From the NCBI GenBank assembly GCA_963727455.1, contig CAVSGG010000006.1, positions 96,001-160,000 of the forward strand: DNA of 64,000 nucleotides. Direction: 5' to 3'. Positions 46,422 through 55,000 of this stretch are shown piece after piece. The notes below the pieces were generated by a model. The model worked only from the letters and a program-made list of their open reading frames with translations, was not told where the DNA came from and did not search any database. Position 1 is the first letter of the stretch. Each line of letters begins with the position of its first letter. The position numbers and the translations under genes were made by a program. The DNA is from Candidatus Krumholzibacteriota bacterium (lineage in GTDB: Bacteria > Krumholzibacteriota > Krumholzibacteriia > JAJRXK01).

Positions 46422-47048
46422 ATGTTTGCCCCAACTCGGCTCAAGCGCCGGCTGACTCCCGTCTTGCTGCTGTTTCTCATTGCAGTTCTCGCGGCGGGCT
46501 GCGGCGTCTTTTCCCCCGACGAGAGTAAGAATATAGTAGACCCCCCAGGCCCCATCGATGCCGCCACGACCCCCGACAAACTCATGGCCAATTTCAAGTA
46601 CGCCTGGGAGAACCGCTCGCTCGTCGAATACCAGAAGCTTCTGGATGATCAATTTCAGTTCTTCTTCGATCCCAATGACGGCCTCGAGCAGTTCGTGGGT
46701 CCCAGTTGGGGACGCACCGAAGAGCTGGCCTCGGCAAAGTCGATCTTCGAGGGTGACGCGGGCTACGATCTCATCAAGAAAGAGGATATCCCGCCCGTCC
46801 TGAGCATCGAGTTCACCACTTTCTCCAAGGTCTTCGAGTGGCAGGATCCCGGGACGGATCCGCTCTATGAGGGCACGCTCAAGGCGCGCTACACCGTGGG
46901 AATCAAGGTCAGCTTCCAGGGGATCGAACAGACCACCCTGGTCACCGGCAACAACGATTTCTACGTGAAGGGTTACCCGCAGGACGACGGGACCACCCTC
47001 TACAAGATCAAGGTCTGGGAGGACCAGGGGCAGAATCTGGGCAGCTGA
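46422..47048 (+). CDS. Lipoprotein, predicted NTF2/SnoaL-like fold (paralogue of upstream gene)
   Basis: GGAGG SD; lipobox AAG-C; TPDKLMANFKYAWENRSLVEYQKLLDDQFQFFF...WGRTEE...IF...IKVWED. Confidence 0.82.
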   Translation: MFAPTRLKRRLTPVLLLFLIAVLAAGCGVFSPDESKNIVDPPGPIDAATTPDKLMANFKYAWENRSLVEYQKLLDDQFQFFFDPNDGLEQFVGPSWGRTEELASAKSIFEGDAGYDLIKKEDIPPVLSIEFTTFSKVFEWQDPGTDPLYEGTLKARYTVGIKVSFQGIEQTTLVTGNNDFYVKGYPQDDGTTLYKIKVWEDQGQNLGS

Positions 47049-47084
47049 GTCGCTCCCCGTCCCTTCCTTCTCCCTTAGAATCAT

Positions 47085-47118
47085 GATGCCTCCGCCCTCG
47101 GGCGGGGGCATCTTCGTT
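47085..47118 (+). terminator. Probable intrinsic terminator
   Basis: GATGCCTCCGCC-CTCG-GGCGGGGGCATC followed by TTCGTT. Confidence 0.55.
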
Positions 47119-47219
47119 CATGGACGCTGGGGTGCGCCCTGTGCTAAGACAACGCGAAGCACGAGCGCCCCACCTCTCGGCCGGGCGCGCGGTAGGACTA
47201 CAGCGGAGAACCACCATCG

Positions 47220-48398
47220 ATGTTCGCACGCTCTAAGGGACGCCGGCGCGGCCGGTCCAGAAAGTCGCCGCGCGGCGCTCGCTTCGCTCTCGGCCTTCTC
47301 ATTTCGATCCTGGTGGCCGGCAGTGCCGCCGTGGGCTGGCTGAAGAGCGAGCGGGGCGAGATCTGGCTGGCCGAGCGCGGGGTGGCGAGCGCGCAGGAGC
47401 ACTGCGCGCGCATCTGGCAAAGCAGTTTGCTGGACGGCCTTACGGACGCCGGCATTCCCCAGGATAGCGTGGTGGTGCGTCCCGGGCATCCGGTCAGCGT
47501 GAAGGTCGGGGCCAGCTGCGATCTCTTCGCCCTCAATCTGGCCGTGACCCGGCGGATCGAGGCGGCCGGAGGCGAGGTAGCCAGGGGAGAGCGTTTCGAG
47601 GATCACGGCTCCTCGGTGTTGGAACTCTGGTTGGGGGGAAAGGGTTACGTGAGCCACCGCCTACTGGCCCGGCGCGGTCCCAAGGCCTCGGCCCTCGAGC
47701 CGCCCCCTCCGCCCAAAGGCCTCTTGGCCATCGTGGTGGACGACTTCGGGCACAATTTGAATGCGACCGTACGTCAATTGCTCTCCCTTCCGGTACCCAT
47801 CACGGTGGCCATTCTTCCCGAGCGCCCGGCCAGTCTGCGCGTGCTCAGCGAGGCCCGCCGCGCGGGGAAGGAGACGATTCTCCACATGCCGATGGAGCCG
47901 GTGGCCGGGAGCACTCCCGGTCCGGGAAAGCTTGCCCTGATGGTGGACATGAGCCACCAGGAACTCCGACGCCGTCTCGAGCGCGCCCTGGACGAACTCT
48001 CAGGAGTGCAGGGTCTCAACAACCACATGGGCAGCGAGTTCACCCAGCATCCAGAGGGGATGGAAGTGGTGGCCCAGGTGCTCGCCGAGCGGGGCCTGTA
48101 TTTCCTGGACAGTCTCACCACCCCCCATTCGGTGGCCTACGAGACGGCCCGGCGCTCCCACGTGCCCGCTCTACGCAACGATCTCTTCCTGGATCTGGAC
48201 GTCCAGAACCCGGCCCTCATCGAGCAGAGGCTGGAGCGGCTCATCGAGCGGGCGCGCCGCAAAGGCACGGCCATCGGAATCGGTCATCCCGAGCCGGCCA
48301 CGGCCCGCGTGCTGCAGGAAATTCTGCCCCAATTGGACCCGCGAGACGTCAAACCGGTCTTTCTCAGCGAGATTCTGCGCAGTTTTCCGCAGTCCTGA
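47220..48398 (+). CDS. Divergent polysaccharide deacetylase (YibQ family) with N-terminal TM and extra domain
   Basis: LAIVVDDFG, ILHMPMEP, GLNNHMGSEFT, YFLDSLT, NDLFLD, AIGIGHP. Confidence 0.9.
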   Translation: MFARSKGRRRGRSRKSPRGARFALGLLISILVAGSAAVGWLKSERGEIWLAERGVASAQEHCARIWQSSLLDGLTDAGIPQDSVVVRPGHPVSVKVGASCDLFALNLAVTRRIEAAGGEVARGERFEDHGSSVLELWLGGKGYVSHRLLARRGPKASALEPPPPPKGLLAIVVDDFGHNLNATVRQLLSLPVPITVAILPERPASLRVLSEARRAGKETILHMPMEPVAGSTPGPGKLALMVDMSHQELRRRLERALDELSGVQGLNNHMGSEFTQHPEGMEVVAQVLAERGLYFLDSLTTPHSVAYETARRSHVPALRNDLFLDLDVQNPALIEQRLERLIERARRKGTAIGIGHPEPATARVLQEILPQLDPRDVKPVFLSEILRSFPQS

Positions 48399-48413
48399 TT
48401 CCCGGTGCCCTCG

Positions 48414-48441
48414 TTGACAGGCTGAGTGCCCCGGCTATACT
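48414..48441 (+). promoter_or_regulatory. Sigma70 promoter TTGACA-N16-TATACT for secDF
   Basis: -35 at 48414-48419, -10 at 48436-48441; near consensus. Confidence 0.75.
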
Positions 48442-48595
48442 TGTTGGGTTTCGGTCGCAGACGGAACTCCTTGCCGAAAGGCCGCCTCCGCCCGAATCCC
48501 GCCGAGGCCGGGATGCGCCCGGCTGAACCTCACGGCACCAACCAAACCCCCGGAGCGCGGGCTTCTCGCTTTTGCGCCAGTTGGGTGAAAACGGA

Positions 48596-50344
48596 ATGAA
48601 ACGATCATTACAGATCAAGGCCGCCCTCATCGTGGTGCTGGCGATCTGGGCTGGAATCAATCTCTGGCCCACGCTGCAACTCAGCCGCATGAGCGCCGCA
48701 AAAGAGAAGGCCCTGTCCTCCACTCCCGAAGGGCTGGCCAAGCTCGACAAGTTGCACTCCCGCGCGATCAAGCGGGGTCTCGACCTGCAGGGCGGGATGT
48801 ACCTGGTGCTCGACGTGGATCAGAGCACGGTGGAAAAGGGCACCTCCGAGGATGCGATCAAACGGACCTTGGAGATCCTTCGCAACCGCATCGACCAGTT
48901 CGGTGTCTCCGAGCCCGACGTCCGTCGCGAAGGGACTTCGAGGATCATCGTCCAGCTGCCAGGCTTGCAGGACGCCGAACGCGCGAAGCGCCTCATCGGC
49001 AAGACCGCGCGTCTGGAGTTTCGCATGGTTCGAGAAGGCGCGGACGTGACCAGCCTCTTGGCCCGTCTGGATCGTGTCTTGGCCGCGAGCGGATCGCTGC
49101 CCGATTCCGTCGAGAGCGCCCTGGACAAAGAGAGTGAACTCAGCGCCAGTGATTCCACCGCCGCCGATTCGAGCTCCACGCAAACGGCACAAGCTGCCGC
49201 CTCCGACAGCTCACAGGGCGATCTTCTGAGTGACCTGGGAGGAGCAGAGGAGGACTCGACGACCGAGGTCGGAGACTGGGAGAAGCAACATCCACTCACC
49301 TCGCTCATGGGGCCCTTCCTGAAGAACCGCGGCGCGCTCCCGGTGAGTGAGGCGAACAAGCCCCGCGTGGAGGCCCTGCTCAAGACGCCGGAGGCGCAAC
49401 GCGTCATGCCGCGCGAAGTGGAATGGCTGTGGGGTAGTGAGCAGCTCACCGGCAACGACGGACGTCCGGCGTATTTGCTGTATCTGGTGGACAAGAAGAT
49501 CGAGCTCACCGGGGGTGAGGTGCGCAATGCCGGAGTATCCCCCGATCCCGACCGGCCGCCTTTGCTCATGGTCAACCTGGGCTTCAGCCGGCGCGGTGGC
49601 ATCAAGTTCGCGAACGTGACCGGCGCCAACGTCGGTCGCAAGTTGGGCATCGTGCTCGACGATGTGGTGATCAGCGCGCCCAACATTCGCCAGCGGATTC
49701 CCAACGGTTCGGCCGTGATTTCCGGTGGCTTCGAGAGCGATACGGAAGCGCGCGATCTGGCCCTGATGCTCAGAGCTGGTGCCCTTCCCGCCGACGTCAG
49801 CATCGCCGAGGAGCGCACCGTGGGACCAAGTCTGGGACGCGACTCCATCAAGCAGGGAGTGAACGCGGCCATTCTGGGCTTCATCGTGGTCGTCCTCTTC
49901 ATCATCCTCTACTACCGGATGGCGGGAGTGCTGGCCACCTTCGGTCTGTTCGTGACCTTGCTGCTGTTGATGGGACTCTTGGCACAGCTGCACCTCACGC
50001 TGACTCTTCCGGGCATCGCCGGGATCATCTTGACGGTGGGTATGGCGGTCGACGCCAACGTTCTCATCTTCGAGCGAATACGTGAAGAACTGCGCGTGGG
50101 GAAGACGGTAAGGGCTTCGATCGATGCCGGCTATGCAAATGCCACGCGTACCATCGTCGACGCCAACCTCACCACCTTCATCGCCGCGGTCGTGCTGTAC
50201 TACTTCGGGACCGGCCCCATCAAGGGCTTCGCCGTCACCCTGAGCATCGGGATTCTGACCAGCATGTTCTCCGCATTGATCTTCACGCGAACGGTCTATG
50301 ACTTCTGGCTGCAGGGACGCACGCCCCGCAAGCTGAGCATATAG
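48596..50344 (+). CDS. secD: Protein translocase subunit SecD
   Basis: GLDLQGG, RNRIDQFGVSEP, LRAGALP, VGPSLG, LTLPGIAGIILTVGMAVDANVLIFERIREE, IVDANLTT. Confidence 0.97.
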   Translation: MKRSLQIKAALIVVLAIWAGINLWPTLQLSRMSAAKEKALSSTPEGLAKLDKLHSRAIKRGLDLQGGMYLVLDVDQSTVEKGTSEDAIKRTLEILRNRIDQFGVSEPDVRREGTSRIIVQLPGLQDAERAKRLIGKTARLEFRMVREGADVTSLLARLDRVLAASGSLPDSVESALDKESELSASDSTAADSSSTQTAQAAASDSSQGDLLSDLGGAEEDSTTEVGDWEKQHPLTSLMGPFLKNRGALPVSEANKPRVEALLKTPEAQRVMPREVEWLWGSEQLTGNDGRPAYLLYLVDKKIELTGGEVRNAGVSPDPDRPPLLMVNLGFSRRGGIKFANVTGANVGRKLGIVLDDVVISAPNIRQRIPNGSAVISGGFESDTEARDLALMLRAGALPADVSIAEERTVGPSLGRDSIKQGVNAAILGFIVVVLFIILYYRMAGVLATFGLFVTLLLLMGLLAQLHLTLTLPGIAGIILTVGMAVDANVLIFERIREELRVGKTVRASIDAGYANATRTIVDANLTTFIAAVVLYYFGTGPIKGFAVTLSIGILTSMFSALIFTRTVYDFWLQGRTPRKLSI

Positions 50345-50357
50345 GGGGACGGTCACC

Positions 50358-51290
50358 ATGCAGTTCTTGACTGACAAGCACATCGATTTTCTGGGAAAGA
50401 AGAAGATTGCGGCCATGATCTCCCTGGCGCTCATCCTGGCGGGTGTCGTCTCGTTGATCGTCAAGCACGGACCACTGCTCTCCATCGACTTTCGGGGCGG
50501 GTCCATCGTGGAGCTGCGCATTTCGCCCGCACCGGAAGTTTCGCAAGTTCGCAGTGCGCTCGCCGATGGCGGGATCAAGGTCTCTCAGGTAACGACCTTC
50601 GGCGGACCTGAGGAAGTTCTCATCTACGTTGACAAGTTGGATGAGGCCGAAACGGTGACGGGTAAGCACCAGACGGTGCAGGGTGTCGTTGCGAAGGCGC
50701 TGCCCGATCATCAAGTAGAGTTGCGGCGCGAAGAGACGGTGGGACCGAAGATTGGTGAGGAGCTTCGAAAGGGCGCGACCAACGCAATTTTCGTATCGCT
50801 CGTGCTCATCGTGCTCTACATCACCTTCCGCTTCGTCTTCCATTTCGGATTGGCCGCCGTGCTCACCCTGGTGCACGACGTCTTGATCACGCTGGGACTC
50901 TTCTCGCTGATGAACAAGGAGATCAGCCTCAGCATCGTGGCTGCATTTTTGACGATCATCGGGTATTCCCTGAACGACACCATTGTCGTTTTCGACCGCA
51001 TTCGCGAGAACATGCGGCTGCGGCGCAAGGAGAGCTACGAAGAGGTCGTCAACCGCAGCATCAACGAGACTCTCAGCCGCACGATCATCACCTCGCTGAC
51101 CACGGTCTTCGTGGCATTTATCCTGTACTTGATCGGTGGGGCGGTGATCCATGATTTCGCCTTCGCCCTGACGGTCGGGGTGGTCGTGGGTACCTATTCC
51201 TCGATCTACGTGGCGAGCCCGCTGGTCATCCTGTGGTACAAGTGGCGTTCTTCGGATCGAAAGCGTGGAAAGCGCGGCGCGCTGGCCTGA
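50358..51290 (+). CDS. secF: Protein translocase subunit SecF
   Basis: IDFRGG, VGPKIGEEL, LVHDV, GYSLNDTIVVFDRIREN, TLSRTIITS, GTYSSIYVA. Confidence 0.97.
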   Translation: MQFLTDKHIDFLGKKKIAAMISLALILAGVVSLIVKHGPLLSIDFRGGSIVELRISPAPEVSQVRSALADGGIKVSQVTTFGGPEEVLIYVDKLDEAETVTGKHQTVQGVVAKALPDHQVELRREETVGPKIGEELRKGATNAIFVSLVLIVLYITFRFVFHFGLAAVLTLVHDVLITLGLFSLMNKEISLSIVAAFLTIIGYSLNDTIVVFDRIRENMRLRRKESYEEVVNRSINETLSRTIITSLTTVFVAFILYLIGGAVIHDFAFALTVGVVVGTYSSIYVASPLVILWYKWRSSDRKRGKRGALA

Positions 51291-51313
51291 GAAGCTGCTT
51301 TTTTGCTCTGCCG

Positions 51314-51345
51314 GGCCGTCTCGAGATCCTCGGGGCGGCCTTTTT
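51314..51345 (+). terminator. Rho-independent terminator after secF
   Basis: GGCCGTCTCGAG-ATC-CTCGGGGCGGCC followed by TTTTT. Confidence 0.8.
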
Positions 51346-51435
51346 CGCGCCCGAAAACGGGCGAGCGGTGTCCAGGATGAGGCGCAAATGCTATTCTCTA
51401 GGAGTCGCCCCGTCACATTCACCCGTGGAGGGCTC

Positions 51436-51978
51436 ATGCTTCGCTCCCTCGCACCGACATTCTTGCTCACCCTCTTGGCTCTGGGCATCCTCAGTGAGGT
51501 ATCCGCCGCGCAGGACAAGGCGGCGAAAGTGACACGACACGACACGGCCAGGATCGAGAGCGTGGCCGCTCCCGGCCGGAACTTGGCTCCCGGTCTGCGC
51601 CCTTTGGCGGTTTCCGCCGAGAGGACTTTTCTCATGCTGAGTGCTGCGTTCCGCAAAGGCGATGCGGAGAAGGCCACCGCACTCATGGACGAGGGAGAAA
51701 TCCTGTTTCAACTCGAACCTCCGCAGAGAGACGAGTCCCTGAAAAACGAGGAACCGCTCCGCAGCCATCAGCAGGTGTTCTATCTGCTGAAGGCCTTCCT
51801 CGCACAGCATTCCATCGAAGAGTCTCGCTGTCCGTGCCCGCAGGATTTCGACGATCCTGACAACGCTCACGGCGTCCTCGAGCTAGAGTTGGACGATTCG
51901 AGTTTGCGCCGGTTCTACGTGAGACTCCGCCGGGTAGAACACGATTGGCGTGTGAGCGAATTGCGTGCTCTTCCCTGA
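51436..51978 (+). CDS. Exported protein, DUF4783-like (NTF2-like)
   Basis: GGAGG SD; signal peptide; AAFRKGDA...SHQQVFYLLKAFL...FYVRLRR..WRVSELR. Confidence 0.6.
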   Translation: MLRSLAPTFLLTLLALGILSEVSAAQDKAAKVTRHDTARIESVAAPGRNLAPGLRPLAVSAERTFLMLSAAFRKGDAEKATALMDEGEILFQLEPPQRDESLKNEEPLRSHQQVFYLLKAFLAQHSIEESRCPCPQDFDDPDNAHGVLELELDDSSLRRFYVRLRRVEHDWRVSELRALP

Positions 51979-52009
51979 TGGAAATCAAGCGCCGCCGGAT
52001 GGACTGCTA

Positions 52010-55000
52010 ATGGTGCGAAACTTTCCCCTTTGGGTCGTTCTCGCTCTGGGTGCACTGCTTCTCTCCACTACTGGCGAGGCAGTGGTTTGGCCTTCCGCCG
52101 CCCTCATCCTGACTACATGTGCGCTTCTCTCGTGGATGCGGACGAGAAAACTGGTGTCGAAAGGGACCACGCTATTCCGGCTTGCGCTGGTCGTGCTCTT
52201 GGTAGCTGCCTCACTCATGGGTTTGCGGCTGTCGAAGGTCGCGTCCCGCCAAGACGGAGTCTGGCTGCGACTCGCGCGGACCCGGCTGGATGGTGGGGCG
52301 GAGAAAGTACGTTCGTCTCTTCTGCTTCTGGAACAGAACGCCCGCCAGCGCGCTCATGAAGCGCTGCTTCCCAATGCCGATCTCGAACTCTTGTCCCGCC
52401 CCTTGCGCCTGGCCTCATCCGATTTGGAAATCGGAATCTCGCGCTGGGAGAACGGCCAAATTATCGACTGGGCAGGACAGGTTCCGGGCCCGGAGCGAGT
52501 GGCTCCCGGACCTCGACCCCTTCTCGTCGACCATGGTTTCCGGCGCTATCTGACGGTATCCGCACAGGACGACGAAGGCCGAGTCGCCTACGTGGACGTG
52601 AGTCTGGGGATCACCCGCGAGCTTTTTCCGCGCCTCGGCGTGGGCGTCGATCCGGGGCAAGTTCTCTCGGGAAAGACCGGGCTCAAGGTCAGCTTGCGGG
52701 CTGTTCGCCCCAAACCCGAGGAGATCACCGGCTCCTTGGAGCGCGTGGTCGCCGTTCCCGAGAAGGATCCCTGGGCGTGGGTCATTCTCACCGCCCCAGG
52801 CGCGCGCGAGGAGAGGCGGATGGTGCTGGAGCGCGAAGGCCGCTTGCTCGCGCTCTTGCTTCTGGCCGCGTTCCTGCTCGCGACCACTCTGGCCTGGCGG
52901 GGTTGGAGCGGAAGACGGGTGAATCGCCGCAGCGTCGCGACCGCCGCCCTGCTCGCGCTCTTGGTCGTCATGTTCCGCTTCGGAATCGAACGAGCGCAAG
53001 TGCTGCCCCTCGCGTTCACCAGCGAGCACGGTCTCATGCACTGGCTGCTCGAGCCGGCCTATTTCGCTACCACCTGGGGCTTCGGTTTTCTGCGCAGCGT
53101 ACTCGATTTCTTTCTGACCTCCATGGCGCTGGCCCTCGTACTCTTGCTTCTTTTGCCTTCCTGGCTGTATTTCCTGCGGGAAGGTGAAGCCCGGGCACGA
53201 CGGTGGGCGGGAGCGATTCTCCTGCTACTCTTCAGCGGTGGCGCCATGGCCTGGGTGTTCACTCTCCAGCGAGTGGTGGCCCAGAACGCGAATCCCAAGC
53301 TCATAGGTTTGGACGCGCCCTTCTTCACCCTCCCCTTTCAAGTGCTCCACTGGGCCATGTTGCTCGCGCTCTTGGCACCCGTGGGCTTCGTATTCCTCGG
53401 ATGGGAGCGCTGGCTGCGATCTCTGAGATCCCGTCAGCTCTTGGCCCTCGGCGCGGGTTTACTCCTGGGGGTGGCCGTTCTTCTCTTCGGCGGTGGCAGC
53501 TCGCGCGCCTTCTGGGCCTTCCTCTTGCCCATCGTGGCGGTCTCGGTCTCTCGCGCGATGCAGCATCCCTCGTTCTCGGTGCGTGTGGTGGCAGCCCTGG
53601 CCCTCATCCTGTGGCTGAGCGCTACTCAGGCCGAAGGACTGCGCCAGGTTTACCGGGGACTAAAGGAGAGCGTGGCCACCGAGCGGGCGCTGGACCGACT
53701 CCATCCACGCGACAACTGGCGGCGGGTGCTGGTGGAAGAACTCCTCCGTGAACTCTCGCAGAATATGGCTCAGCTGCGCCAGCTGGCCGATCCGAATCTC
53801 GATCGTAGCAACGCTGCCTTCGAGTTGTGGGCGAGCAGCAGCAGTCTGAGTGCTCTTGGCTACGGCTCACACATCGTCTTGCTCGACGCCGCGGGGAAAG
53901 TCCTCAGCGACTTCGACCTGGGGCTCCCCTACCAGGCCCAGCCGGTGGTGATGCCCACCACACGACCAACGGGCGCCGAACCTTTCGGAGTGAAGACAGT
54001 CCAGGTGCAGAGCGCCCGCGGAACCTTTCTCGTCTACCGCGGGTGGCTGGACCTGAAGTACTACATACCCAATGGTGACGCCAGCTGGCTGCGCGTGGAC
54101 CTGCCCTACGGCACCACCGATCCGGCGGCGCCCATCGACTTCAAGCCGACCGGCGGTCCCAGCGCTCTGGGTTTCGCCACCGGCCGGGACCTGCTCTCTC
54201 CGCGGCAGGAATTCGAGCAGCCGGTCATCATGGGAAGAATGGGGGAGAAGACCGTGATTGCCGCCACCGACCCGGTGTTGGTCGGGTTGCCTGTGTCCTC
54301 ATTGGCTCAGGACGGCTCGTGGCATCGGGTGTGGCGCAAGGGAACTCCCTACCAGGCAAAAATCGTGGGCGAGGGTGGAGAGCAGCTGGTTGTGGCATTC
54401 GCGCTGCCCACCGCCAACGAACGTCTACTCGATGCCACCCGTCTCGTGGCGCTCTATCTGGTGGCCGGTGCGCTGGGACTTATGTGTCTGCTCTTCTTGG
54501 TAGCGCTGCGTCCGGGATCCTCGCGCTGGCCCGCATCCCTGGGACGACTGGGTTACCAGGAGCGGTTGCTGGGAGCCATGGTCGTGTTGGTGCTCTTGCC
54601 AGTAATCGTATTCGGGGTATTCCAGAGCCGACGCGCCTCCGCGAACTTGCGGCGCTCCAACATGGAGGAGGTAACGCGTCGACTGGACACTGCTCTGCGC
54701 CTGCTCGCCAACGGATTGGACGACGCGCTGAGAATTCGCTTGGATACCGGGCCCGTCCACGACCTTTTGACCACGGGCAAGTTGGGGGAAGAGAACGAGA
54801 CGGCCGGGGACGAGCGCGATCAGGTCACGGTCTTCGACCCCAGCGGAGAGATGATCTACGACGAGAGTCACCGGGAACTCGCGCCTACCCAAAAGCATCG
54901 TCTCTTGCAACTTCTGTCGGGCGCGGTCCTGGTGTTGGAGGACGATTCCACCGGCTGGTACCTGGGCCGTCTCTATCATGAACCGGGAGCCGAGAGCCAA

